Positions 48,912 through 59,108 are shown, counted from the stretch's first letter. The stretch: 64,000 nt of DNA from Phycisphaerales bacterium (GCA_965227775.1 OZ245777.1:160001-224000); one strand, 5' to 3'. The notes: generated by a model not told the origin, from the sequence alone. A program made the numbers and translations.

Positions 48912-51406
48912 TAGCCTTGCTCGCCCGCGGACCCGCGTGGCAAGTATCCCTCGGCCTGCAACGCGTGGATGACCTGGTTGGCGATGGGCCCGCTGACGCG
49001 GCCGCCGCTGCCGGCGAACTCCATCATGACGCTGATGGCGTACTTGGGCTTCTCGCCCTCGGGCGCGACGAGCCCGACGAACCACGCGTGCGTGTAGTTT
49101 GCCCTGACGGGGCGGAACCTCGTCTCGGTGCCGGGCGGCTCCTCGTTCGGTGGCCAGATGATCGAACCGTCGGGCGCGACACGGACTTCTTTCGTGAGCG
49201 TGGCGTTTTGCTGGGCCGTGCCGGTCTTGCCCCAGACGCTGACGCCCGGCGCGGTGAAGTAGCGGATGGATTCGTCGTTGATCGTGGTGCCGAATCCGGT
49301 GCCGCCCATTTCGTTCACGCTCTGCCAGAGGCCTTCGAGTGCGCGCTCGATCGAGCTGGGGTCGAGGCCGATGTCCTGGCGTGGCGGCGGGGTCTCGCTG
49401 CGTATGAGCGTTGGGCCGAGCCGCACGCCACCGCGCGCGAGCGTGGCGAACGCGTCGGCGGCGTGCAGCGGCGTCCACGCAACCGGGCCCTGGCCGATGC
49501 CCAGCATCACCGCGTCGTTGCGCGTGGGTCGCACCTCGATCGGGTTGCCGTCTTCGTCGCGGCGCGGGATCAGGCCGAGCACACCCTGGGCGCACGGCAC
49601 GGCATCGAGCGGCGACGATCCAACGCCGAACTGGCGGTACGCCTCGATCATGCGGTCGTAGCCCAAGCGAGCGCCCAGCGTGTAGAAATAGATGTTACAA
49701 GATCGCTTGAGCGCCTCGGCCTCGTCGAGATCTCCGCCCGCCACCATGTTGTGGGTCAGAAAGCCGTGTTCGCGGCGATAAATCCAGCATCGGAGCACGT
49801 CCTTGCGGTCGGGCAGGTAGTGCCCGTCGCAGGCGATGCGCTCGCCGAGTTGTTGCTCGCCGCGGCTGGCGGCCCAGACGAGCGTCAGGGCCTTGGCAAT
49901 GCTGCCGGGCGCGTAGATCGCCGATGTGGCGCGATTGAATCGCGGATCGTCCCAATCCTGGGTTTCGAGGCCATCGGGCCTCGTGGCGCTGCCGATGGGG
50001 TCGTCGGGGTCGACCGTGGGTGTGCTGACGAGCGCGAGCACTTCACCCGTTTCGATATCTATGACGACCGCAGCCCCGGCGAGCGAAAGCCCTTCGTCGC
50101 GCCGGCTCTGGTTGCTCCCGTGCCAGCCCTGGGCAATGGTCAGGCCGACCTCCGGGCTCATGGCCGCGGCGATGCGCGCCTGGAGCACGGCGTCGAGCGT
50201 GAGCGTGACATCCTGGCCCGGAGTGCGCTCGATCGCGTGCTGCTCGCCGGTGTCGAGACGGCGCACGCGCACACCGCGCAGTCCGCGGAGCATGTGCTCC
50301 ATCTTGTATTCAACGCCGCTGTGGCCGACGTGGTCTCCCTCCATGTATCGTCCGCGGTCATCGCCTCGGTCGGTCGTGGCGAGCACGACTTGATTAGCGT
50401 CTGCAACTCCATCGAGCCAAGCCGCTCGGCGATTCACGTCTTCGGCATAGACGGCGCGACGCGTGCGCCCGATGATGGCGTCGAGCGTGCCCCCCACCGT
50501 CACGCTGAGCGAGGCATCCCCGCGGCCGTCGCCCTTCAGCGGGCCGGGGAGCGTCGCACGGTCGAAATCGACGGTGATCTTGCGATACGGGTACTGGCGA
50601 TCGCGCGCATCGCCGACGCTCAACCCCGGAACGACCGGCAGTTCGACTCGGACACGCCTGCTCGTGGCCTTGCCGTCAACATCGAGCACGGGTGCTTCGA
50701 AGGGCACCGTTCTCTCGGCGAGTTCCATGATGGTGAGGCCCACTTCGTCCTCGACGCGCGAGATGACCGTGTGGGGCTGCTCTTGCTCGGCGACGGGGCG
50801 GCGGGCCTGGGCGGCGAGCCTGTCCTCCAGCTCGTCGGTGAGCTCTTGGCCGCGGGCCTCGGCTCGCTCCTTGAGCTGGTTCATGCGGTAGCCGGCGTAG
50901 AGCTTGGCGATCTTGCCGACGCGGGCGACGATGTGGGTCTGCCGCTCGAGAATATCGGCGAGCGGGACGTCGGCAACGCTGGCCAGCTCGATCATCCCTC
51001 GCTCGACGTGTTCTTGGAGGAAGGGCTCGTACGACCTTGCCAGCGCGTCTCGTTGTTCGGAAGCGAGCTCGGGCCATGCTTCTTCATGGGCCGCTCGGGC
51101 GAAACGGACGGCCATGACTTCGACCCATACGCCGCTGAGCACGGCGTAGTCGAGGCGAACATCGAAGCTGGGGCGATCCTGGGCGAGCACGCGGCCTGTG
51201 CGATCGAGGATTCGGCCGCGAACAGTGGGCTCGTAGGCGAGCCGCTCGAGGCGTCGCTCGGCGTCGGCCTTGAGCCGGTCGCCGTCGATGAAGCTGAGCC
51301 GGCCGAGTTGGGCGGTGAGGGCGGCAAAGCCAACCATCCCAAGGGCGGCCAAGAGCACCAGCCGCCCGTGGAACATTCCTAATCCGTCTTTCTCGTACAT
51401 GCCCAT
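48911..51406 (-). CDS. mrdA: Class B penicillin-binding protein (PBP2/MrdA-like) with insertions
   Basis: N-terminal TM; RGRILDRTG; GSIAK (SxxK), SCN and KTGTAQ; HAWFVG. Confidence 0.87.
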   Translation of the reverse strand: MGMYEKDGLGMFHGRLVLLAALGMVGFAALTAQLGRLSFIDGDRLKADAERRLERLAYEPTVRGRILDRTGRVLAQDRPSFDVRLDYAVLSGVWVEVMAVRFARAAHEEAWPELASEQRDALARSYEPFLQEHVERGMIELASVADVPLADILERQTHIVARVGKIAKLYAGYRMNQLKERAEARGQELTDELEDRLAAQARRPVAEQEQPHTVISRVEDEVGLTIMELAERTVPFEAPVLDVDGKATSRRVRVELPVVPGLSVGDARDRQYPYRKITVDFDRATLPGPLKGDGRGDASLSVTVGGTLDAIIGRTRRAVYAEDVNRRAAWLDGVADANQVVLATTDRGDDRGRYMEGDHVGHSGVEYKMEHMLRGLRGVRVRRLDTGEQHAIERTPGQDVTLTLDAVLQARIAAAMSPEVGLTIAQGWHGSNQSRRDEGLSLAGAAVVIDIETGEVLALVSTPTVDPDDPIGSATRPDGLETQDWDDPRFNRATSAIYAPGSIAKALTLVWAASRGEQQLGERIACDGHYLPDRKDVLRCWIYRREHGFLTHNMVAGGDLDEAEALKRSCNIYFYTLGARLGYDRMIEAYRQFGVGSSPLDAVPCAQGVLGLIPRRDEDGNPIEVRPTRNDAVMLGIGQGPVAWTPLHAADAFATLARGGVRLGPTLIRSETPPPRQDIGLDPSSIERALEGLWQSVNEMGGTGFGTTINDESIRYFTAPGVSVWGKTGTAQQNATLTKEVRVAPDGSIIWPPNEEPPGTETRFRPVRANYTHAWFVGLVAPEGEKPKYAISVMMEFAGSGGRVSGPIANQVIHALQAEGYLPRGSAGEQG

Positions 51407-51555
51407 GGGCGACGTCCTTGCGCGGGCGATGCGATTCGGGCCTTCCGGTGGCCCCCTGAGGGTATCGGGTGTTGGGGCGAGGGGGCACGAAGGCCACTGC
51501 GTCTGGGGGGGCTTCATCCGTTAGGGACGGCCCGACTTGGCGTACGCTACTGGCC

Positions 51556-53451
51556 ATGTGCACCTCCCTGCCCGACCCAATCCTGAACAACGCACCGACG
51601 GGCACCATCGCCGGAGCGGCCCGCCGGCATGACCTGGATGCGCTCCGGGCGTTCGCGATGCTGCTGGGCATCGCCCTGCACGCGTGCCTGGCGTACACCG
51701 ATATCCCCTGGGTCGTGCGCGAGCCAACGGGCAACCCGGCGTACTTCCACTTCTTCTCGTTCATCCACGGCTTCCGCATGCCGCTGTTCTTCCTGCTCAG
51801 CGGGTTCTTCACGGCCATGCTGTGGTATCGCCGGGGCACGGGCGGGCTGTTGAAGCACCGGTCGAAGCGCATCGCGCTCCCGCTGGCGATCGGGCTGGTG
51901 ACGATCGTGCCGCTGACCTTTGCCGTGGCCATCGGAGCGAGCATCGTGACCAATATGGCCCCTGGGGTCGGGCCCGGTGCTGCCGAGAGCACAAGCGACG
52001 CGGACCTATGGACAGCGGCAGCCCAGGGCGACGAGGCTCGCGTGGCGTTCTGGATCGATCGCGCCGAACGTTCAGATCAGGATGGCGACCCGATCGACCT
52101 GAATGCTCAGGACCCGCAGTTCGGGGTGACCGCGCTGGGCTGGGCGGCGATGACCGGGGAGGCCGAGGTCGCGGCGCAGCTGCTCGAAGCCGGTGCGGAC
52201 CCGAGCGCGCGCAACCGCGACAGCAATACGCCGCTGCACTCGGCGTGCTTCTTCGGGCGTGCGGAGATCGCGCGCATGCTGCTGGAAGCCGGGGCCAATC
52301 CGCTCGCGATGAGCGACTCGGGCGAGAGACCGCGCGACACGATGCGCCACGGCGCCGGCACGGTGAACTTCATCGCCTCGCTGACAGGCGTGCAGGTGGA
52401 GTTTGAGATAGTTGAAGCGGGGCGCGAACAGATTCGACCGCTGCTTGAGGTGGCGATCGACGATGCTCAGGGCGGCGAGGCGACGGAGTCAGCGGCCGAG
52501 GGCAGCTCTTACGGGGAGATGGTCGTCGGCGCGTTGGTGGCGTTCCCGATCTTCAATCACCTCTGGTTCCTATGGCACCTTTGCTGGCTTGTGGCGGGCT
52601 TCGCGATCGTTGCGGTGATTGCGGGACCGCTGCTGCGCGGCCTTTCGCAAGCGGGCATCGCACGCGTGCTCATCGGCTCGCCGGCGTGCCTGCTGTGGCT
52701 CGTGCCGCTGGTGGCGGTGTTCGAGTTCGCGATGGACGGTGGGCTTAAGCTACCCGCTCCGTGGCCGATGCTGCTGGGCACCGCCGAGGGGCCGGTGCTG
52801 GGGCCGGCGACGAGCGCGGGGTTGATCCCCATGCCGCTGGTGCTGGGTTACAACGCGGTGTTCTTCGGGTTCGGGGCGTTGCTGTACCTGGTGCGTAGTG
52901 CACCGGCAGAAACTGGATCACCCCGAGCGCGGCTGGGCGCGGGCTGGTGGCTCATGCTGCCCACGGCGTTGCTCGTGTACTTGCCGACGATGGTGCTGCT
53001 GTATGCGACTGAGCCGGAGGTGGGTGAGACGGCGCTGACCACCGCGGTGACCGATCGCAGCACGCAACTCATACTGGCCGGGCTCGGCCAGGGCGTGTTC
53101 GTCTGGGGCTTGTCCTTCGGGCTCATCGGGCTCGGCGAGCGGTTGCTGTCGACCGAGCGCCGCTGGGTCCGCTACGTCAGTGATTCGAGCTACTGGTTGT
53201 ACGTCGCCCACCTGCCGCTGGTGTTTGCCTTGCATGCGGCGTTCTACTTCGTGCCGATTCCGGCATGGAGCAAGTTCCTGCTGGTCACAGTTCTGACGAC
53301 CGGACTGTTGCTGGCGAGCTATCCACTGTTCGTGCGGTACACCTTCATCGGGCGGCTGCTCAACGGCAGGCGCGAACGACCGCGCGATCGCGCAATGCGA
53401 ACACCACCCGACACGCCCGAGGGCGCGCCGGGTGGCTTGGGGGGTAAGTGA
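51556..53451 (+). CDS. Acyltransferase-3 family protein (OpgC/MdoC-like) with inserted ankyrin repeats
   Basis: RRHDLDALRA, FRMPLFFLLSGFF, HLWFL and SYWLYVAH; ankyrin motifs TALGWAA, GADPSARN, TPLHSA, GANP. Confidence 0.88.
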   Translation: MCTSLPDPILNNAPTGTIAGAARRHDLDALRAFAMLLGIALHACLAYTDIPWVVREPTGNPAYFHFFSFIHGFRMPLFFLLSGFFTAMLWYRRGTGGLLKHRSKRIALPLAIGLVTIVPLTFAVAIGASIVTNMAPGVGPGAAESTSDADLWTAAAQGDEARVAFWIDRAERSDQDGDPIDLNAQDPQFGVTALGWAAMTGEAEVAAQLLEAGADPSARNRDSNTPLHSACFFGRAEIARMLLEAGANPLAMSDSGERPRDTMRHGAGTVNFIASLTGVQVEFEIVEAGREQIRPLLEVAIDDAQGGEATESAAEGSSYGEMVVGALVAFPIFNHLWFLWHLCWLVAGFAIVAVIAGPLLRGLSQAGIARVLIGSPACLLWLVPLVAVFEFAMDGGLKLPAPWPMLLGTAEGPVLGPATSAGLIPMPLVLGYNAVFFGFGALLYLVRSAPAETGSPRARLGAGWWLMLPTALLVYLPTMVLLYATEPEVGETALTTAVTDRSTQLILAGLGQGVFVWGLSFGLIGLGERLLSTERRWVRYVSDSSYWLYVAHLPLVFALHAAFYFVPIPAWSKFLLVTVLTTGLLLASYPLFVRYTFIGRLLNGRRERPRDRAMRTPPDTPEGAPGGLGGK

Positions 53452-53790
53452 ACTCGCACCTGACCGTTCGCGTGCACCTTCGGCAACGACCCTCGGCACA
53501 CCACACCTGCCCTTTGTCCAACGTGTCCCAACTCAGCTGAGTTCGCCGAGTGAGTAGTTGAGTAGCATCGCAAGCGCTTTGGCGAGAGACCACCGCACGA
53601 CGCGGGCCAGTGCGCCAATCAGATCTCGGCACTCAACGACTCCGTTTCCCAGTCCGAATCCCCACACTCGCGCCCGCGATTGCCTATTTACGCCATCTTT
53701 ACGGCACCACACTTGCAGGGGCGTCCGTCCGTCGTGCGTATCGATGCGTGGCGCTGGCGCCCGTGGGTTGTTTCTTGGTAGCATGAGTAC

Positions 53791-53818
53791 GCAGCACGTC
53801 GCAAATGCGACGTGCTGC
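53791..53818. promoter_or_regulatory. Perfect 13-bp inverted repeat in intergenic region
   Basis: GCAGCACGTCGCA-AA-TGCGACGTGCTGC; no U-tract. Confidence 0.5.
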
Positions 53819-53968
53819 ACGCAAGTGCGCAGGCATCGTGCGACCGACTTCACGTACCTTGACGCTTGCAATGGCAACAATGCCCCACGAGGTGCTTGGT
53901 GTTGTCGCAGTACAATGCTGATATCGCAACCGATCGGATCCATCGCCGACATCGGGAGCTCACGTGGG

Positions 53969-55216
53969 ATGATTGCCAAGTGCGTGGTCGTATCGACCCT
54001 GCTCATTTGCATCGCTGCTGGCGCGGGTGCTTGCACGTATGTCGGTGCCCCGAGCGCGAGCGAGCGATCACGAGTCGCGCGGGGTGAGGCGGCAGTCGTG
54101 ATGTATCGCTATACCAAGGGAGCCGATCGCAAGCCGAGCGGATTCGGGCTCCCGTTCGTAGACCCGGCCGACCGATTCGACTCCAGGGGTTCGCGACCCC
54201 TTCCTCGAGCACTGTCGAATGAGCTCTCCGATCAGGGCTGGTTCTACCAGGTGCTCAAGCCGGGGCGGCATGTCAGCCTTGTCGAACACAAGGGCCTGTT
54301 CGATACGGAACCGCAGCTTGATGCGCCGCGCGTCGACTTTGGCGTGCCCAAAGGCGTCGCGATCGTGTACGTCGGGAGCATCCACGTCGACACCAGAACC
54401 GGCGGCGTTGTTCTGACCCACGAAGACGAGCAAGCACGAGCGATCATCGAGGCAGAGCGGGAAGCGGGCGGCAGGCTCGCGCGTGTGCCTGGATCGGTGT
54501 CGACTTCACCGATGCGGCGTTATGACCGTCCTGTTCCATCCCACGATCGCCTCGAGCCGGGCGTGACGGTGTTCGCGTTCGTCGACGATGCACCGGTGCC
54601 GTCGGGGGGCGCGCTCGGCGGCATGGTGGCGGGCGCTTCGCCTGGTGCTTCGATCATGCTGGGCAGCATGGAAGCGGCTCAGGATCCGCTTTCGACGGTG
54701 TTCATCGCGGCCCCTGGCGTCGTGATCGGTACCTTTGTGGCGGGCGTGGGATCGGTGTTCGGGTCGATCATCGGTTCCGATGACGCCGAGCGAGAACGCA
54801 TCCGGAAACTCGAAGCGGCGTTTGCCGAGGCCCAGGTCGGCCTTCTGCTGGCCGATCGCGTCGCGCAGGGCCTGCAGGGGCGAGTCGTGACCGATGGCAA
54901 CGCGGACGTTGCGGCATGGATCACGCGGATGGACTTTCCGCGCATCAAGCAGGAACGGTGCATCGAGATCGCCTTCCGCGTGCGCGCCCGAGACGCGCGG
55001 GGCGCCGTGTGCTTTGATCGGATCTACGTGTCACGGCATCCCGATGCGAAGCACTCACGCCTCGCGGCACTCCACGAACTGCCGCTCGAACGCGAACCAG
55101 TTCTGAGGCCCAGAACTGAATGGCGGGGTGAGGATGGTCCGGATCTGATCGTCGCGGAAGTGGAAGCAGCAATCGCGGCCTTGGGCGAGCGTTTGCGAAC
55201 CGACCTTGGCCCCTGA
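53969..55216 (+). CDS. Hypothetical protein, putative lipoprotein
   Basis: Hydrophobic N-terminus ending AGAC; internal Gly-rich hydrophobic segment. Confidence 0.6.
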   Translation: MIAKCVVVSTLLICIAAGAGACTYVGAPSASERSRVARGEAAVVMYRYTKGADRKPSGFGLPFVDPADRFDSRGSRPLPRALSNELSDQGWFYQVLKPGRHVSLVEHKGLFDTEPQLDAPRVDFGVPKGVAIVYVGSIHVDTRTGGVVLTHEDEQARAIIEAEREAGGRLARVPGSVSTSPMRRYDRPVPSHDRLEPGVTVFAFVDDAPVPSGGALGGMVAGASPGASIMLGSMEAAQDPLSTVFIAAPGVVIGTFVAGVGSVFGSIIGSDDAERERIRKLEAAFAEAQVGLLLADRVAQGLQGRVVTDGNADVAAWITRMDFPRIKQERCIEIAFRVRARDARGAVCFDRIYVSRHPDAKHSRLAALHELPLEREPVLRPRTEWRGEDGPDLIVAEVEAAIAALGERLRTDLGP

Positions 55217-55292
55217 GAATCGGCGCGTTTGTTGCGCAGAGGTAGAAGTCGTCGGGAGAGAGTTCGGACTCTCACTGCAGAAGGAGAGAGAC

Positions 55293-56600
55293 ATGCCGGC
55301 CGCACCCAAGTTCGCGTTTGTAAGTACCGTCCGCGTCATGCCGGCTGCCATTGGTGTGGCGTGTATAGGCGTTGCGCTCGCACAGGATTGCTCGCCCGGC
55401 CAGGGCTTCGACGGACCGGTGGGATACGCCGCGGGGTCGTTCCCCTCGGGCATCGCACTGGGCGATCTCAATGGCGATGGCAACCCGGACATGGTCGTCG
55501 CCAACTCCTTCAGTAACGACGTGACCATCCGGCTGGGCGTTGGCGACGGCACTTTCGGGCCGTCGAGCAGGCGGGACGTGGGCGAGCAGCCCCAGGCCGT
55601 GGCCCTCGGGGACATCGACAACGACGGCCGACTGGACATCGTCGTGCCCAACGCGCGCACCGACGACGCCAGTGTGCTGCCGGGCAACGGCGACGGCACG
55701 TTCGGGCCCGAGCGGCGCGTGGATGTGGGCGATCAGCCGCGCGACGTAGTCTTTGGCGACCTGGACCGCGACGGTGACCTGGACATGATCGTGCCCAACC
55801 AGGACCTGGATGTCGTCAGCGTGATGCTCAACACCGGCGGCCTGTTTGCAGCGCCAGTGACCTACGCTGCCGGCGACCGGCCATGGCGGCTTGCGCTGGG
55901 CGACCTTGACCGCGACGGCAGCCTGGACCTGGTCGTTGCCAACGTGCTGAGCGACGATGCCAGCGTACTGATGGGCAACGGCGACGGTACGTTCGGGCCG
56001 CAGGTGCGCTACGCCGCGGGCGACGTGCCCCAGAGCGTGGCCGTGGGCGACCTCAACGGCGACGGCGAGCCGGACATCGTCGTGGCCAACGAGGTGACCG
56101 ACGACGTGAGTGTGCTGATCAACCGCGGTGGCGGCACGTTCGATCCGCAGGTGCGCTACGCCGCCGGCAACGGACCGTTCGATGTCGCGCTTGCCGACCT
56201 GGACGGCGACCGCGTGCTGGACATGGCGGTGCCCAACCTACTTGGCAACAGCGTGAGCGTGCTGACGGGCGTTGGCGACGGGACGTTCGCGCCGCGGGAC
56301 CTATACAGCGGCGGCCTGGGGCCGGGCGGCGTGGCCTTGGGTGACCTTGACGGCGACAACGCCCCGGACATCGTCGTGTTCAATGCGACCGGCAACGCCG
56401 CGAGCGTGCTGCTGAACATCTGCGGCCCATTCTGCCCGGCGGACCTCGACGGTGATGGTGATCTGACGATCTTCGATTTCCTGGAGTTCCAGAACCTGTT
56501 CAACTTCGGCGATCCGGCCGCCGACTTCGACGGTGACGGCATGCTCACGTTCTTCGATTTTCTGGTATTCCAGAACGAGTTCGACGCGGGATGCCCGTAG
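55293..56600 (+). CDS. Secreted FG-GAP/VCBS repeat beta-propeller with GC-type dockerin
   Basis: AAGGAG RBS; seven (G/A)D(L/I)xxDxxxD repeats with GDGTF; CPADLDGDGDLTIFDFLEFQN...EFDAGCP. Confidence 0.92.
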   Translation: MPAAPKFAFVSTVRVMPAAIGVACIGVALAQDCSPGQGFDGPVGYAAGSFPSGIALGDLNGDGNPDMVVANSFSNDVTIRLGVGDGTFGPSSRRDVGEQPQAVALGDIDNDGRLDIVVPNARTDDASVLPGNGDGTFGPERRVDVGDQPRDVVFGDLDRDGDLDMIVPNQDLDVVSVMLNTGGLFAAPVTYAAGDRPWRLALGDLDRDGSLDLVVANVLSDDASVLMGNGDGTFGPQVRYAAGDVPQSVAVGDLNGDGEPDIVVANEVTDDVSVLINRGGGTFDPQVRYAAGNGPFDVALADLDGDRVLDMAVPNLLGNSVSVLTGVGDGTFAPRDLYSGGLGPGGVALGDLDGDNAPDIVVFNATGNAASVLLNICGPFCPADLDGDGDLTIFDFLEFQNLFNFGDPAADFDGDGMLTFFDFLVFQNEFDAGCP

Positions 56601-56657
56601 CAAACGTTCTCGGTGCCCTGAGTCTCGGCGCGATCCCGGTGCTCATACCCTGTTGCC

Positions 56658-57830
56658 ATGCCAGCTGGTGGCGAATCTCGCACCATCCTCCACGCCGATC
56701 TCGACGCGTTCTTTGCGTCGGTGGAGCAGCGCGACAACCCGGAGCTGCGGGGCAAGCCGGTGCTGGTTGGCGGGAGTGGTAAGCGCGGCGTCGTCGCGGC
56801 GGCGAGCTACGAGGCGAGGAAGTTTGGCTGCCGAAGCGCGATGCCCGGGGCCGTCGCGGCGCGGCTTTGCCCGCAGGCGATCTTCGTCAAGGGCAGCTAC
56901 GAGAAGTATAAGGAAGCGAGCCGCGCGGTCTTCGAGGTGTTCGAGTCGGTAACGCCGCTCATCGAGCCGCTGAGCATCGATGAGGCGTTCCTGGACGTGA
57001 CGGGCAGCCTCCGCCTGCTGGGCGACGGCGAGACGATCGCACGCAAGATCAAGAGGGACGTGCTCGAACACACGCAACTGACAGTGAGCCTTGGCGTGGC
57101 GCCGAGCAAGCTGGTCGCGAAGATCGCCAGCGATCTGGACAAGCCCGACGGGCTCGTGATCGTGCGCGAGGGCGAGGTCGATGCGTTCCTGAAGCCACTC
57201 GAGATCGCACGGCTCTGGGGCGTCGGCGCCGTCGGGCAGGCAAAGCTCGAACGCATGGGCGTGCGCACGTTTGGCGATGTGCAGAAGCTCGATCTGAAAA
57301 CACTGAAGGCGATGTTCGGCAGCCTGGGCGACAGCTTGTACAACCGCTGCCGCGGCATCGACGATCGGCCGGTTGTGACCGATCGCAGGGCCAAGAGTAT
57401 CGGACACGAGCGCACGTTCGGCGACAACCTGACGACGCGCGAGCAGTGCCACGCACAAGTGGTCGATCTATCCGAGCGTGTCGGGTGGCGGTTGCGACGC
57501 GCCGATCGTGCGGCGGGCACGATCACGCTCAAGGTGCGCAACGGCGAATTCAAGACCATCACACGATCGCACACGTTGAGCGAGCCGACGCACGACAGCG
57601 CGGCGATCGTGCGCGAGGCGTGCGCACTGCTTGATTCCTGGGCAACCAGGAGCTTTGAGCCCGTCAGACTGCTCGGCGTCAGCGCGAGCCAGCTGCACAC
57701 GCCCGAAGGCCCTGGTCTGTTCGATGCGGCCGAGCACGAGCGGGCCAGCCGCGTCGACGAGGCAGCCGACGTCATCCGTAGCCGGTTCGGTGATGCGGCG
57801 ATTGGCCGGGCGAGCTCATTGGACGCGTAG
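56658..57830 (+). CDS. dinB: DNA polymerase IV
   Basis: HADLDAFFASVE, ASYEAR, SIDEAFLD, AKIASDLDKPDG and KSIGHERTF. Confidence 0.95.
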   Translation: MPAGGESRTILHADLDAFFASVEQRDNPELRGKPVLVGGSGKRGVVAAASYEARKFGCRSAMPGAVAARLCPQAIFVKGSYEKYKEASRAVFEVFESVTPLIEPLSIDEAFLDVTGSLRLLGDGETIARKIKRDVLEHTQLTVSLGVAPSKLVAKIASDLDKPDGLVIVREGEVDAFLKPLEIARLWGVGAVGQAKLERMGVRTFGDVQKLDLKTLKAMFGSLGDSLYNRCRGIDDRPVVTDRRAKSIGHERTFGDNLTTREQCHAQVVDLSERVGWRLRRADRAAGTITLKVRNGEFKTITRSHTLSEPTHDSAAIVREACALLDSWATRSFEPVRLLGVSASQLHTPEGPGLFDAAEHERASRVDEAADVIRSRFGDAAIGRASSLDA

Positions 57831-57834
57831 GTTG

Positions 57835-58212
57835 TTACTTCGAGAGTTTGAGCCGGATCGGGCCGCGTGCATCGTCAGGGTCGACCACGCGACCACCTTT
57901 GGTGATGGCCAGCTTGCGCTTGCGGACGAGGCGCCGCGCGGCGCGGCGGGTGCGCTCCATGAGCGGCTTCCAGTCCTCGGGCTCGACGGCACGGGCCGCC
58001 TCGCTCGGGCAGATGGTGGCGCCGCGGTCGCGATTGGAAAGAAGCTCGAGTATCGCGGCTTCTAGCCGGGCGTCGAGGTCGCCGGGTTTCTCGCGGCGAC
58101 ACAGGTCCGAGCAATAGCGGACCTCGTCCCACGAGCGCTCCCACTTCTTCCGCCACGCGAAGGTCCGGCCACAGGATTCGCAGATCTTGGTCGGAAGGTC
58201 GTCTGGCGTCAC
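57835..58212 (-). CDS. DUF2256/DUF3253 fusion protein
   Basis: KICESCGRTFAWRKKW...VRYCSDLCR plus TICPSEAAR...RGPIRL; GTG overlaps the upstream TGA. Confidence 0.85.
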   Translation of the reverse strand: MTPDDLPTKICESCGRTFAWRKKWERSWDEVRYCSDLCRREKPGDLDARLEAAILELLSNRDRGATICPSEAARAVEPEDWKPLMERTRRAARRLVRKRKLAITKGGRVVDPDDARGPIRLKLSK

Positions 58213-59108
58213 TGGCTTGCCGCCTGCGGAGCCGCGAGCGGATCGACTCGTGGTGTGGGATCGCCATGGCCTCGGATGCGCTGGGCGATGCGCGGCCAGG
58301 CCTTCAGCGGCATGCCGCGCGGCAGCGAATCGAGGATGCGGTCCTGCTCGGCCTTCGTCAGGACGAGCGCTTGTTCGACGGCGACCTTGCCAAAGCGGCG
58401 CGCGGTGAAGGCGGCCATGACCGCGCGCAGCGTGCGGGCGATGATCGCGCGGCGGGGCAGCACGCCCGCGCCGATGGCCTCGAGCGCAAGGCTCGCCTGG
58501 GTGCGGATCGAGTGGCGGCTGCGATCGCGGCTGAGACGGTGCACGCCCTGGCAATCAGCGACGGCGACGGTGGGCGAATCGCCATCGAAGGATACGATGA
58601 GGTTGCTGGGCTTGTGGTCGCGGTTGTGCAGGCCCGCCGCGAGCAGGCAGCCGACCTGCAGCCCGACCGCGTCGGCCAGGGCGTGCTGGCGCTCAAGCGG
58701 CATTTCGCCCCGCCTTGCCTGATCGAGGCAGTGCAGCAGGCTGACACCCTCGAGCCGGCCCATGACAAGGCAGTCCTCTCGCACGCTGCGGTCCTTGCGG
58801 CTCAGGAGCGCGAGCATCGGGGCGCATGGGATGCCCTCGGTGGCGAGCAGGGCGGCTCCGGCCCAGTGGCGGTCTCCCGCGGCAATACCGAGCCGGGCCC
58901 TGGTCCGGTCGAGCGGGCCCTCATAGCGATAGAACTTGAGGACGACCGGCCGGCCGCGCAGCTCGACGGCCATGACACGAACGCCGCGATCTTGCTTCAG
59001 AAGCGTCGCGGAGTCGGCCCAGGGCTCGCTGGTGAGGGCGCGGGCCCACTCGGGCCCGTCGCCCGTGGGGCCGTGCCGGCGTGCTGAAAAGCTGGGTGCC
59101 TCGGCCAT
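58209..59108 (-). CDS. Lipopolysaccharide kinase (Kdo/WaaP/InaA family)
   Basis: VVLK, EGIPCAP and HNRDHKPSNLIV kinase catalytic loop. Confidence 0.72.
   Translation of the reverse strand: MAEAPSFSARRHGPTGDGPEWARALTSEPWADSATLLKQDRGVRVMAVELRGRPVVLKFYRYEGPLDRTRARLGIAAGDRHWAGAALLATEGIPCAPMLALLSRKDRSVREDCLVMGRLEGVSLLHCLDQARRGEMPLERQHALADAVGLQVGCLLAAGLHNRDHKPSNLIVSFDGDSPTVAVADCQGVHRLSRDRSRHSIRTQASLALEAIGAGVLPRRAIIARTLRAVMAAFTARRFGKVAVEQALVLTKAEQDRILDSLPRGMPLKAWPRIAQRIRGHGDPTPRVDPLAAPQAASQ

Noticed and set aside
55430..56420. Periodic nucleotide repeats resembling an array
   Set aside because: Explained by coding FG-GAP repeats; no invariant repeat-spacer structure and no cas genes
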